Source of the DNA: Antedon mediterranea
Taxonomy: Eukaryota; Animalia; Echinodermata
Direction: 5' to 3'
Length of the DNA stretch: 64,000 nt
Assembly: GCF_964355755.1 (NCBI RefSeq)
Contig: NC_092678.1
Location: forward strand, 4,542,422-4,606,421
The position numbers and the translations under genes were made by a program. Below are positions 1 through 14,090 of this stretch, one piece after another. Numbering within the stretch: the stretch's first letter is position 1; every line of letters starts with the position of its first letter. The notes under the pieces are model-generated. The model was not told where the DNA came from, made no database searches, and saw nothing but the letters and a program-made list of their open reading frames with translations.

Positions 1-2583
1 GTACTATGATTCAACTAGGTTAAATAGTACAATATTGATACACATCAACTAGGCTCCACTAATTAATTGCGAAGTAAACATAATCGGTAAAAAGTTATAT
101 TAAGTCCATATTCAAACAGTTTTATTATGTGATTTTCTAATTTTCTAATGTGAAACGTACAAATAAAATATAACCAAAAGGGCAGAGATTAAAATTAATT
201 ATGAAAACCAATTTGTTAAAATATACATAGAACTGTTTCGATATATTTGCATAGATAGTAAGATTCAGCAAGTTTCCTGATCTTTGACCTATATTTTCAT
301 ACTTGATGTTATCACTTCCTGTTGACACCTGTTGTTTAGCATGTTTCATCGTCTCTCGTTCGCTGCTCCCTTTATGTTCTGCGTTGGCAAGGAATCAGAA
401 TTCTCGTAGGAAACTTTACGATAAGTACGTCCCTTGGTATAAGGACGTTGGAAATGTCATACAGTACGTTCTAAGAATGATTGTATTAGCGAGGCCTTGC
501 GCGGCGAGGGAAGGGCTTGTTAAAGTCGGTTATTGTCAATGATTTCAATATGTGAGGCTAAGTAGGTCGTAAACTACCATATAACCTGCTTTCTGTTACG
601 TTTGCTCTCATATTGTGTCTTTCAATTTATTACAAACATATTCAGTACATTATGTACTGATTATTGAAAGCAAAAAATACTAAATTAAACACTGTATATT
701 ATTTTGTACAAAGCTGTTCTGAGCTATGATTCAAACATGGTAGATCTCATATTGATGCTCATTCCATGAGATAACTTTAACTATACATAAATCTTTGTTG
801 GGTTGTAAGAAAACATTTACTGTATTAGCAAATAAAAATTGTCAAATGTCATCAATCAACTTTTGTTTTGCTATACTTTTAGATTGTTTAAAATGTAAAA
901 ACATACCGATGAATTATGCTATTTTGTCTCTTGCAAGAGAATGTTACTTTATATGGTGCGAGTTTCTTGACCTTTTTACCGAATGCGTATATTTACGTTC
1001 AGCTGTGTGAATACACAAAGATCCTCTGTATTTCATTATACATTTATTTTTAGTTACCTGTTTTGTTTCATTGTTCTGTATATAATAATAGAATGTAGGT
1101 CGCACTCTTTTTTATTCTTGCACATCCAGCAAGTATTATAACTTTCCAATTGCAGAAATGACGCCTAAAACTAAATCTCATTCTTCATAGGGTTTGAAAG
1201 GTCTGAAAACTGATTTGAACCTAAACGCCAATACTATTAAAAACAAGTATTTTTTACCATCAGGCTACAATGATCTACTGATAGCATTGTTTGTGAGAAA
1301 ATGAAAGCTAACTACTGTATTTACTTTTGTTCTTTTAGATCTTGGACTTCAGTGATGATGAGAGTGTGTAGATGTGTAGTAACAACAGTTAATATTACTA
1401 GTGAACTTGAACAAAGCTGCTGCCCTATATTGCCAAACCAACGCTGTGCTGCCCTCCAGCCTTGTCAAACAGTATCATTCTTGGGTTAAAGGTCATCTAT
1501 TACCCTCCAAGATTACCTTTGTGACCCTAGGGGAGTACAGTACAACTCTCACAAAAGAACTGTTGAGTTTTGATGTACTACAGTATATAAACTAATTGAT
1601 TCCATTTGACTGGGATAGAAACGGTTCATTTTTTATATCTATTATAATTTTTATTACAAATATTTCAATTGGTAATGGTATGAAATACTCAGATTTGCAA
1701 TCGATGGTTTTATAACTGTCAAAGTAGACAAAGAATATATATATATTGCAATTTAAAATACAAAGATTATTGTTGAATTTATTATATATAGATTATTTAT
1801 TAGATGACTTATTTAAGAAATGTAGATTGACAGCTAGATCATGATTGGGGTTTGGGATATGAAGGACCAAAATGTAGTTGCGTTTACTCGCATGGGTAAG
1901 TAGGGATAGTTTTGGGGTGTATATGGGGAGTGCTTATACCCCAGAGTGAGCTATGCACTGTACCTAGAGAGTAGGGAAAGTGTACCAAAGGGTGACCAGT
2001 GCGTACTCAAACGAGTGTTAGTTCGCTACTCAAAACTAAACTGTTTGTCACTACAGTATGTAATATCAATAACCAGAGCATTTATTTATTGGTTTTGAAA
2101 AAAAGACCAATTTTTTTTAAATAATAAAATAATTAATGACGAATTATGTTATCTTTCAGCAAGACCAAAATACATTGAGACAGAAATCTAATATTACTAG
2201 TCTCTTAGAATCCCCACAAGGTCACCAGATAATCTTCCATCAGTAATCATAGCCCCGTTGCCGTGTCAACCTCCTGTCAATCACACATTATGGCCTGGAG
2301 CAATTTACAAACATGAATTTACCCCGAAACGAAAGTGTCCCTGCTGTGAAACATTTGTTAGTATCAAGGCTCATTATGTTTAATTTCTCATGACATCACC
2401 ACCCATAAGGATCATGGGTGAATGTCTTGTGTATCTGGAAAATGTAAGTATACCTTGAACCGCCGTCATATGTTGAGCTTCCCAGAAAGTTATTGTAGTA
2501 TGCTAGCAATGGAAATGAAGATTTATATAGTATAATATGTAACCATTGATAGTATAAGAAAATATGGACAAAAATGATACATA

Positions 2584-2688
2584 CAGTGGTTTAACGTAAA
2601 GGCCTGAGGCCCCTGGTAGACATCGGGTGGGCACTGCTCAGGCGCCCCTGGGTTTAGCCAGTGAGCGCTCATAGCCGTTACGCCACTG
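2584..2688. mobile_element. hAT-like MITE (105 bp)
   Basis: TIRs CAGTGGTTTAAC...GTTACGCCACTG; degenerate 8-bp flanks GATACATA / GATACAGG; GC-rich island in AT-rich DNA. Confidence 0.6.
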
Positions 2689-5186
2689 GATACAGGATGA
2701 CTTGAAAACAGCACTAAATTACACTGGCCCACTTGCGACACACCTGGCCAACGACAGGAATCAATAAATAGCACAAAATAGTGCAATGCTCAATGTCTAA
2801 CAACGATAAAGCGTGTCAATATATATATAGTATGTATAGTATAAGATGATAGAGCACAAGTCGGTTATATTGCTAAGTTTTTAAGTAAATTTAACCCTGC
2901 TTATTTGCACTACATTTCATGTTTACTCTTATAATACTGTATCATCAATGATTGTTATATTATTGTTAATTTTTAGTTAAGCTTAACCCTGGATATCTGC
3001 ACTACATTTCATGTGTCATCACTGATAAAAATTCACAATAAATCTTAATGAACCATAGCACCTTTTTCAGTTCTAATACTTGTTTGTCTTTCATAAGTGA
3101 ATCAAAATCTAAGAGTACTTAGCTTCTCACATGACTGCTCGCAAAAAACAATTTCTTCTTCAACCATTTCAGTAATTATTATACTCGTCTATTTGGATTT
3201 CCCATTGGGCGTGTCATGTTCGATCTCTGCTAGCAAATAGTAAAATCTTCTTTTCATTTAAGTTTAAATGATAAGTCACAAAATTAAAATTTTAATTTCA
3301 AATGAAAGTGGCCTTGATGTTGTCTATAGGGATGGCATCGCAAACATGAAATGCTAGGATTTATATGAAAAAACTGGGACAGTGCGCCCTTCTAGCGTCC
3401 ACCCCGCTAACCTGCGTCAGCAATTCAATTCAAACTACGACTCACTTGTAATCTTTTAAAATAATTTTTGTAACAGTCTTTCAACAAGTTAGCAAAAGGC
3501 TTAGTAAACAAGTTATCACATTAATCAACAAGGACATTGTGTGTATGATGCATGGAACCATTCCTCAAAGAAAAGGAAGTCAGTCCGTATCCATCGGTGG
3601 ACTCTCATTCATCCAAAAAACATACTAATACATAATCGTTAATGTTAAATGTCAACATTTGAATTTCCAAAAGCCTGGTTAATATCAATCATTACTGGTT
3701 GCTGTGCTGGCTATGACATCCTAAGCCCAACCCTATTAACCGTTGACTTTGGACGTCATAGGAAATTAAATTTAAATCATTGGTCATCAGTGAGACCTAA
3801 ATATTAAATATGATATTAATATTCACAGCTGTTAATTATGTTGCCAAATTTAAACAATATTCTAGTGATAGCTTGTGTACTTGAAACCAAGTTTTTTTTT
3901 GTTATATATGTTTATGTAACCATTCACATCAATTTTTTCATTTCTTATCACTACATTTCAGTTGGAAATTAAGGCTCAGAACTAATGGTTTTTTTAAATT
4001 CACAAAATTAATGTTAATGTTTTTATGACTTTAAATGCTCTTGTGGATAACAAATGTACCGCCATCACCACTTTCATCAGATTTCTCCTTGTCGTCATGA
4101 TTATCATCGTCATCATCAGTATCCTTTTGCTGAAAGAATTCCAAGAAAGTTTTAAATTCCAAATTTGTGACCGTAAGCGATTGGAAGGTAACAGGTGAAT
4201 TCAAGAAACAGAAACCCCTTTTTTTCTGATCATCTTATTTCATCAAACGATCTATTTTTAGAAAAAAATTCCTTTTGATGTTATTAACAAAAATCACGAA
4301 CACAAAATTGTTACAATTTTTGCAAATTATTTTATTAAATAATTGTTTTGCTTTACACCATAGGTCTGAATTTAAAAATGATGTTGCAGTATATTATTCA
4401 ATATACATAGTCGCAGAGAACACCTTTCGTTTCTATAACTACTACAGTCACTACGCCCTATTAAACATTTACCCAAAAAAATGTAACCCGTCCATAAACA
4501 ACATTTGTATTTACCAACTTGTAAATTAAATTGAGTCCGGTTTGAAGGGATGCTTAACTCAACGACTAAAACGTTGACAATAAATCAGACATAAACTATG
4601 CAAAGCTTTTAAATTATATTAACATTATTAAAAGCCTGTACATAAATAAGCCAAGCACTTTATACGCATATCAACAATTTACATTTAATATATCAACGGA
4701 TGTCCACATTTTAAGTTATAAACAAGAGAAGCATAAACTCTGATTTGTTGATTACATTGAAGCGCACATTAATTGTAATGTTGCACATTAGTCATGTTAC
4801 ACGACAGACCAATGAGATCATCCAAGCATGACACGCAGTAGACATACTGTGGTATTCTACTGTGGTATTCTTAAATCATTTTGTTTACAACATCTGTACC
4901 ACAATGATTATGTAAATTAGGATATCATGGTATACACAGTACATTACTATAATTTTTGTATCACTGACTTGTGAGGGCTGCATTGCTCAGATAACCCATC
5001 TTGATTTTAAATCCCCCCCCCCCACCCCACCCCACCCCAACTAACATCAAATATAATGACATAAAAGTTCGTATTTATACATATTATATACAATTTATAT
5101 ATTTATTATCTGTTTGCACATCTTCATAAATTATTCAAGTCTAAAATATGTTTTAAAGTTGAATCTATTTCCAGTTTATTTTATTG

Positions 5187-5452
5187 CTATGAAGAAACAA
5201 GCGGCGGTTGTTGGTGCCCGCCGACGTGCTTTGGCGACGACGGTGGAGAAGGTTTCGTTGACTTATCTACAGTTTCTTTAATTTGATTCCATTTATCGCC
5301 TAAAGCTTTTGCAAAATGATCGTCTACTGAGCCGGTGATCGATAGATTCTTGGCGATATCTGGAGATGTTGAGGGCGACGTCGATATTGCATTGTTGTAA
5401 TCTTTTCCTAAACTTCTGCGGAAGTGTTCTTCAATTGATGGATCACAACCAC
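5187..5452 (-). CDS. VGLL4: Vestigial-like 4 (VGLL4/Tgi), last exon with two Tondu (TDU) motifs
   Basis: Translates GCDPSIEEHFRRSLGKDY...LSITGSVDDHFAKALGDKWNQIK...PPLVSS*. Both motifs match VGLL4 TDU1 and TDU2. Polypyrimidine tract and AG acceptor at 5454-5453; TAG at 5189-5187. Missing from the ORF track because it has no start codon. Confidence 0.96.
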
Positions 5453-6274
5453 CTGGGAGAAAAAAAAAGTAGTTTGGTAACTTGTAACAAACTACTGTAG
5501 TTGCTGAAAATAGAAACTCTCTTAAAAGGTCCCAAATACCAGACTTTCCAGAAAACCAGATATACTCTATTAGACCGGCAAGAGTATCCGGTATTTTAGA
5601 GAATTTACTGAATTGTGTTTTGACTAAACTGACAAATTTGTAATGTTCTTCCAGAATTTTTTGAATTGTATCAAGGCACTGGATTTGGACAGTTTTCCAG
5701 TGGATGGCGGCGCATCCAGAATGTTGAAAAAAAGAGAGCGGAGAGCCTAAAACTTTGCATTGAAATTTTGGAAATTTAGAGACAGTCTAGCCAAATGAAT
5801 CTTATCGTCTTTACCTGAGGCAAATGATAACTGACCTGTGTTAATCATCGTTTACAAATGCCTCGGATTCTTCAAACTCTCTGAAATATTTTGTACATTT
5901 TTTAAGCCACATCAAGCTGTGATTGGCTTCTTATTTCAATATCAAATATGTATAATATTGGCTAATTTATTCATGATGTTACTAACTGTTTATTGTTTGT
6001 TTAACTTAGGCAAAAAGTTATCGAGATTCAATTTCTTACTTTTAGTTGTGTTGCCACCATTTTGAATAATTAGTTCAAAAGTTACTGATTAATCTAGGAA
6101 ATATTTGTATTTTTTTCTATTTCAGATAGAAAAAAAATTGCTTAGTTTTTTAATTTATATTACTGATTTATATTATAATGAACATTAATTCTAAACTGCC
6201 CGGTGATATACTGAAATTTAATTAAATAATTTGAAACGATAAAGATGAGGAAATCTGTAAGAATGAGAAAAAGT

Positions 6275-6346
6275 CGCCCCAACCGAGACTCGAACTCGGA
6301 CCGCCTGCTTGATATGCAGATGTCGTAACCATTAGACCACTGGGGC
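6275..6346 (-). tRNA. tRNA-like gene, full cloverleaf, anticodon ATC (Asp-decoding type); may be a tRNA-derived element or pseudogene
   Basis: GCCCCAG-TG-GTCTAATGGTTACGAC-A-TCTGC ATATCAA GCAGG-CGGT-CCGAG TTCGAGT CTCGG-TTGGGGC-G: 72 nt, all stems pair, A and B boxes present, TTTTT 2 nt downstream. Confidence 0.7.
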
Positions 6347-7448
6347 TTTTCATGGTATTGTTCAAACTCGATTGGATAGCGACTCTTTAACATTCTCGGC
6401 GTGGTACGGCGGAACAGCACTGTTAGAGTTAAACTAGACTGCAATAATACAGAATAAATATTTGTCTGATACAGATAGATACAGTAGCCAAAGTAGTACA
6501 TAATGTTAATTTAGCTTAGTTAGGGCATTTAAAAGATGCAATAAAATGTAAAAATTCTTAACACATATTTTAGAATTTATGTTTCAAACAGCTAGAAGGT
6601 TGAAATGCTATGGGGCATAATTTGATGCCATAAAATATGACATTGCAAATATGTATTTATTGCAACCACCACCACCACCAAGCTGCTTGCTAGGGAGCTC
6701 AACAGCAGATTTGATGGATTAACTCAAGTAACAGAACAACACTTATAGCTTTGTGTGGGGTATGTTACCATGGCAACATATATTCCAGCTGGCCCTAAGG
6801 GTGAAATAATGGCAGGCAATCAAAGAAAGGTTATACAATACGGATTACAGGTCAGAATCCAAAATACAACTAAAAATGAGATCTAACGGCAGGTAGTTCT
6901 GCAAACAAATTTAATATAATCACGATTTGTCAATATGCCTGTTAAAAATAAACCAAACCGTCAAAAATGTGTTTAGGCTTCAAATTACAATCTTGGTATT
7001 TTTAAATCGCAGACTTGGCAGAATTTCAAATGTTGATTTTTATGTTCTTCATATCTCGCAATTTTTACATAAACACTTTTGCAGATTCATTTCCTCTAGA
7101 ATGTTTAATTAAATTACTAAAGTGATCGTTAATGTCATTTTCATTTCAGGGTGGCCCAATCAGATCCTAATTAGCCATTAAAAAAAATGTGATATGATTG
7201 AAACATTCTTCAGGAAATTATAGGAAACAAATTGAGAAACTTTTTTTGGACTTATTTATTCTTTAATAATAATGTGAAGGCATAATCAAATTTTCTAGAC
7301 AACTTTTGTATTGTTTATAATTAATGAAAAGCTAGTGAATTTGTATGTAGGACTAAATGTACAATAATGTATAATGTTATGACATATTAATTTAACAAAT
7401 TCAGTTTTATTCGGTTTTTAATTTATTCATAGCAATAATTTCAAGTAC

Positions 7449-7717
7449 CTGCTGAAGTTGTTTCTCTTCTCAAACTACTACTATTTAATGTCGCTCCATT
7501 TTTCCTCAAGAACGTTCTACTAATTTCTTCTCTGTGTTGGGGTGGCGCTACAGCAATCACTGACGGCCTCAACTGTTTCGGTTGATCTGAGGGAGGATGA
7601 TACATAGGGGGCGGTGTCCATGTTCGTAACATTGGTGTGATGAGAGCTGTTGCCGACACTTCGGGTACTGATATGTCACTAGGAACAGGTAAATCTAACT
7701 TCATTGTTGATATAACC
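7449..7717 (-). CDS. VGLL4: VGLL4 internal exon (PPxY and RPSVI motifs)
   Basis: ORF 7441-7731 contains QLRPSVIAVA, matching the VGLL4 RPSVI motif. AG at 7719-7718, GT at 7448-7447; phases join both neighbouring exons in frame. Confidence 0.92.
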
Positions 7718-10560
7718 CTGTGGACAGACAATACAATACAATTAAGAAATATTTATTCATACATTTTAGATTAAAAACAATGATTCATGCACAATGTGGA
7801 GGTGACAAAAACGAACTTTCTGATTTCAAACATTAATTTATTAGAAATATTGTTTATATTAAAGAATTTAAAATGTTCCCCATCATACTATAAAATATTA
7901 GAGTAAACTTCATAGTCTGCTTTGTATTAATATCTACTTTTAGTTTTTATCTCTGTTAAATAATTCTGCTAACATTAACAACACTTGATATCTCTGAATG
8001 CCTAATTTAATTTCAATCAACAATGTTGTGAAATGGGACCTCTGCTGACCTCCAGGGTATAGGTCTTGATCTTGACCAGCTCGGTCAGCTGGGGTCACTG
8101 AAAGATGAGCAAGCCTGTTTGATCATAACTTTGACAAGTTTTGTATCTAGGCTTAATTATGTTCCTCCCATGAGGGGTACTGAGGTGAGGAACGTGGCAC
8201 ATTGCTTAATCAGACCTGCCAACAGAAATTAGCAAGTTGTTCCCTGTTTTCAATTTTGTTCGATGGGTGTTTGTCCAAGAAAGGGTAACCGATATTACAC
8301 ACACTGTTTCCAAAATTGTACTGCGCAATAGTCAATAAGTCTACTAAGTACTAAGTGTATTGTTAATAAACTGTCAAAAGTTTAAGAAAAGTCTTGTAAA
8401 GCTGAAGATGAGAACTAGCATCTCTCTTTACCAAAACATCAAATAATACTTTGAAAATTTCATTCATAAACAAAATTTAAAAAAATGTTAATGAAAAAAA
8501 AAATTCTTTTTTATAATCACAGGTTTTAGAGCTCCCTGTTTCAAGTTCAAGAAATTGCTTTGACAACAAATTCATTAGGTCAAAAATGGTCAGTAATGAT
8601 TATTTACATTTTTGAACTCTAACTGCATACTCCCTCTTTAACGCCAGATGGAGTAGGTTTCTTTTATTCACTCATAAAATATGATTTATTTATACTATTT
8701 TTAAATACTGTGTATTGATAGATCCAATTGCCTACTGCAGTTAGGGCAATAACACCAACAGAGCAAAAATGTTAAACTGGTCAGGTATTTTTCAGTTGTT
8801 TGCTGTGTGATTCCAGACTGTGCCTTGCGGCTAAATAACACTAATTGCATTGTAGTATTCATCAAGGTCATTTACAAATATGTCCCATAGCCACACTGAC
8901 CACACATTTTATGAAAGTGATGTAATTTTAGATTTTAATGACAAATATTTTTAGAACAGCCAGGTCAGTTTTGCTTTGGCACTTCTTCTTCTTCAAGTTA
9001 CTGTACAATCTTACAATTTTAACCATCTTTGTTAAGTAATTTTCAATTCAAAATATTCAATTTACAGTAAATGCAAAATTTTACTGAGATTACTTTATTA
9101 CTAGAAGTATCTACTAAATAAGTTAAAGTATTAGTTCTGGTAGGATTAACTAATTTTTGTCAGAAAACCGCAAATATTAGAGAAGTATTTGAAGACAATG
9201 CTGTTGATTGTTGATTGGAATTGAATTTGACAGGAAATAGGAATGTGGTGTCTAATTCTATTCTTGTAAAATCTCAGTCTGCTATTTTAGATTTATTGTT
9301 CGTTGATTGTCATCGAGGGAAAACAAATCTATTGAGTCATTCTATTCAAAGAGTGTTGTTTGTTTGAAGTTTCTTTGGTTTTTAGAGTGTAAACACCTAG
9401 TTTATAGTTAATCTACTTTTGACTAATTTATGCTTTCTGATCAAAAATAATAAAAACTCAATATATAATATTTCTGGGAAAAAACTAAAATGCTTTTTTA
9501 CGACACTTTTAGTTATGGGATAATACTGTAGGTAACGTGTTAATTCATCAGGCACATGCAAGTATCATTGTTTCCTGCTTCCAGGCTCCTTGCAGTTTTC
9601 GAAGATTTTAGGTCCCGACAACGACTAATCATCACGAATCAAAACTCCCTTTTTAAAATTGAACGATACATGGAAAGAAGGAAACTTTTTGCAACGAAAT
9701 AACATGAGTGTAAAAAAACCCTAAATGCTAAAAATAAAGTAGCACATCATTTGGGTGATGGTATGAGTACAATGAAGCATTGAACTGTACACGCCACCGT
9801 CCACTTATGGGATTACATGACTCACTTGAGATCAAACTAGCAGAGGTCAAATGTCACCGAGCTTGCGGTTTACATGTCTAGCAATGTTTTTTTGCTTAGG
9901 GGGATACTGCTGCTCATCCCGAACATTATACATCTAAAATTATTTAATTTCTGGTGAACTAGTTTTTGTTGGATAATCTGTTTAATAAATACATTTGTGA
10001 ATTGAATAATGTATACACTTCAGTACATAAATCTAATTGGCTTAAAGAATGTAATATTATTTTCAGTGCCTCTATTAAATGATCCGGCAACTAAATTCTT
10101 GGTATAGTCACTAATATGTCAAGTACCATGTAGCTATATTTAATGACGGTTCAACCTGACATATGTCCTTCTTCATCTAGATAAAAAAAAGCAATTTAGC
10201 GTTGATTAGTAATTCATCTCCTGACTTGAATTTTGCAGATTCTTGAGATTCTATGGCATCTTTAAACCATCTGAATGCAGCTATCTAGTGAATGCAAACG
10301 ATATAATCAAACCACTCTCATTGTTTAAGTTTAATTCTATGTGGCAATTCAGACTAATTGCGTGGGTTAAATATTTTGTCATGTGTACCTCATCATTCCA
10401 TAGTTTTTACTTAATAAATTTGTTTTTGTCTTCCAACACAATATTACCCTGGAAGACATGAGCGGGGGGAGTCACCCAGCATCATTAGTTATCCACACTT
10501 CGGCAGGTAACTCCTTTTATTTTGATTTGTTTTGTAATTGTAAAAGTGTTTTATTCTTAC

Positions 10561-10732
10561 GTTTGTGTTCCCATGCATCTTGTATTTCCTGGCGAGCCTC
10601 TAAAATGACTATCATCAAACTTGAGGGCTTGTGTTAATTCCCTTCGTTCCGTGCTTCGTCTGTGTCTATTTAGCCTCGTAGGTAGTTCTTTTGGTGAATC
10701 TGACCTTAGGTCATGTCTGATGGTTGGATCTC
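10561..10732 (-). CDS. VGLL4: VGLL4 common second coding exon
   Basis: 172 nt open frame DPTIRHDLRSDSPKELPTRLNRHRRSTERRE...CMGTQ; TTTACAG acceptor and GTAAG donor; phase 1 in and phase 2 out, matching its neighbours. Confidence 0.85.
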
Positions 10733-11736
10733 CTGTAAATATAGTAAAAAGGTAAAAGTAAGTGCTGGAGGAAAATATATAGAAAAGTTTTATTCTCTCA
10801 TGTATGTAAATTAATGAAATGTGAGTATTATAATAAAAGTCAGAGAGAGTCCCTTCTGGTACTAGTTACTAGTCAAGTTGAAAGGTGAAAAAGTTTGTTC
10901 CTGAATATCACATCCTCAGGTCTTGGCAATAGCTGTTTTCAAAACACAGATATCGTAAATCTTTGTGTCGTTGAACCGGCACATGAGAGAATGCAGAAAA
11001 TGATTTTGTAACAAAACCGACTGTGTGTTTGTCTTCATGCATCTAATTGCGCTTTTCTAGAATTGCACCCAACACCAAATATTTCCAGTTACAACTAAAA
11101 CTGTTATTAAAGCTAAATTGTTATACGGTTTTATTTAACACGCAGATAATACAAGAATGTGCTGGAACTTTAATGTAATGTTTTTGAGGAAACAAAAGAT
11201 GTGATTGAATTTTGTTTATTTTGAAAGTAAATCCAAATAGTAAATTGGATGTTCTAGCACCCGACCACCCATTTTTTTAAATAGTTTTTTTTTTTAAATT
11301 ACCATTTTAACACCTGTTCTTTTGACAAACAATTTCCAAGAAATTCTACTAAAAATGATGAATGAACAAAATTATTAAACACATTTTTTATCACTGATGG
11401 ATGAGTACCTGGCCATGTTTGTTTTTTTATGAATATGCCTCCTGTAAATTCTATTTCTTGCTTTATTTGTATAAATGTAAATTCAAAGATGATGATAAAT
11501 TTCTAGATGATAATGTATTGATGCTGGCTTGTCATAATCATTTATCATCTATTTGAAGTTTCTTTTTCTTTAACTACATTCCATGAGTTGTCCTTCTTTC
11601 CTGCTGTAACTACATGTAATTACATTGCTATTATACTTGTAAACAATTTAATACCATAAATATGTACATTTATAAAAACACACAGATGTATTTACTCGGT
11701 TGCTTGCAAGTTATCAAGTTTGTGTTTACTTCTCAC

Positions 11737-11800
11737 TTAGATATGACAAATATGTCAGCACTAAGGATTCCCTGCTTAGTCTTAGAAACATTAACCTCAT
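11737..11800 (-). CDS. VGLL4: Candidate VGLL4 alternative first exon C (MRLMFLRLSRESLVLTYLSYL)
   Basis: ATG at 11800, 64 nt, GTGAG donor in phase 1; CpG-rich stretch just upstream (11810-11900). Confidence 0.45.
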
Positions 11801-13460
11801 CAATTACCGAAGAATCAGTTGTACGTACGACGGTTATGTTCGTGATCGTCTTACGCCGCGGTCTTACACCGCGCAGTGATAATATACAACGACGAGTCAC
11901 CTAGATATCTTAGATTAGTATCCAGCTAGGTCTAGGATTGGTCGGTATGAAGTAGTATTCTTCAGTGCAGTCTTCAGGCCACTTTCCCACGCTTTCTGAT
12001 GTTCAAGGTATGTGGGTTATTTGAGGTATGGCTGGATGGGACAAATTCAATTTGCTCTAGTGCTGTAGTCGTTAATATTAAGGAGAACCATGGATGAAAG
12101 TTCTTGAATTTGTTGACAGAATTTATGGGGCTTTTATGTTTCAAGATCAAAAGTGAATCATAAAGAACATGATAGAGAGGGTCATCACCCCCAACGAACT
12201 GTAGGATATGTTTATGTTCGACATAAACAATGTAGGCTTATATGTTGTCAAATGCTGATAAACAAGGAGAGCAAAACTACATTAACGAAGTTAAAAAATT
12301 AAATCAGAAAATGAAAACTATTGCAACAAATAATTGTATGACACAACAGAATAGTATAATTTGGTCAATACGGTGGTAATACATTGTAGTATTTAAATAA
12401 TAAACATAATTTGTACATACAACGTTGACAGTCATTCTACAGTAATAACATCTAAAAAATCAGATTGTTAATAAACAATCAAATTTATCACTTTTTTTGG
12501 CAGAAATGCTCCTTATAACAAACACCTGTTAGAAACTTCCTGTTTGACTGGTTTCCTCAAAAACTCAAATTACAAGTTTACAAAAGTATTTCCATACATA
12601 TTATAAATCTCTTTAAATTACAGTTTAGAAGATGAAGTTTTTCTGAGAGGCTATGGAGGAGCTGACTTTCTTTTTTGTATAGAAAATTGAAATTACACTA
12701 CACTATGATCTTTTCAATATAGTTAACACTCGTCTCCAAATCAAGTCTACTTTGGGAAGAAAAAACTTGGATTTCCTGATTACATTATTTTTTAATTAAA
12801 AGAATTGTGACCATACTGTACATGTCAATTCTGGTATATAATGCCATCTGCTTATCAGACCTCTCAAAAACTGATTTAGTACAGTAACACAAGAGTATAC
12901 GTTTTCAAAGTTCATGCATTTTGTAGTAGTTTAAACTTTATTTTTAATTTTTATAAATTAATTGTACTTGATGTATATTTTAAGTTCTTATGCCGATTTT
13001 TCACTAGGCGAATATGTTTGCACAGACAAAAGCATCAGCTTATACACATGCGTAGAGAGGGACAATTCGGAAGATGGAAGCATATTAAATATGCATGCGT
13101 ATGAGCTGAGGCTTTCGATTGGCACGAACAAATTCGCCTGTAGTGGAAAACAGGCTTAAAGTAGGACGATGCGTAACCTTCTTAAAATTGCCAACTGATG
13201 TTCGTTAACAACATTGATTAGTCTTTGATGGATGACAGTTGATGAGGACACCCATAGGGGACATTATGAAAGGGTAAGTTGCAATTTGATATTAAACTTA
13301 ATATCATTATCATCAATCAATAATAGTAAGAATGATGTTATGAGGAATGTATTTCATTTATTTATTCAGACTGGACATAAATTGCTTAGCAATCAATTCA
13401 CTCTTTGTATGAGAGTATGGTCTTCAACAGTGATTGTTTATACACATCCTATCACCTTTC

Positions 13461-13533
13461 ACCTACATTTCATATCGTCTCTCGCCCACATTTTCATATC
13501 ATCTCTTGCCCACATTTTCAGTATATCGCCTCT
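13461..13533. repeat. Short tandem repeat, about 24-bp unit x3
   Basis: CACATTTTCATATCRTCTCTYGCC-like unit repeated; explains the repeated HIFISSLA peptide in the ORF track. Confidence 0.7.
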
Positions 13534-14090
13534 AAAATTTCCCTATTAGATACCTCATACTCGTATTTCTTTCATCATGTATTTTACATCACCACAATAT
13601 CCTAGTCTTTCATTTTTTTATTTAACTAGATTTTAAAATAACTACAGACAGGGCCGTGATGTGCCTCTTCTTTGTGATTCTATTCAAGATCACATGATTA
13701 GTACTTCAGTGGCGCTCCGGATACACTCCAAATATTCTTCAATTTTAAATGCGAAAGGGGTACAAATATGCCTTTAGAAATACTTTGATCTATTTGGTGA
13801 AGTTACACAATATATATATAATAACATTTTTTATTTTATATTGCAGTAGGATATGATGCATTATTTGTCACACAAACAAAAACTAGTAATTAAGCCTGTT
13901 CGACCGAACTCCCCTTTTGCCTGAAGTGAACTTTTTGCCTAGAGACCAGCATTGGAAGTAATTGGCCTAACTAGACTAGCCTGAGACGCAATTTTTGCCA
14001 AACCATTCAAATGTTTAGTTTCATCCATCTCCATTTTATACATAAATAAAGTATTGATAAATCCAGTGAGAAAATGTTGGGAACACCTAC

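Noticed and set aside
137-2460. Exon-like fragments and short ORFs at the window start, including a RKCPCCE peptide near 2330
   Set aside because: No phase-consistent open model or recognisable family could be built; stops interrupt the candidates.
4059-4130. Minus-strand acidic micro-exon candidate (QKDTDDDDDNHDDKEKSDESGDG)
   Set aside because: Plausible splice sites, but no partner exons found and low complexity.
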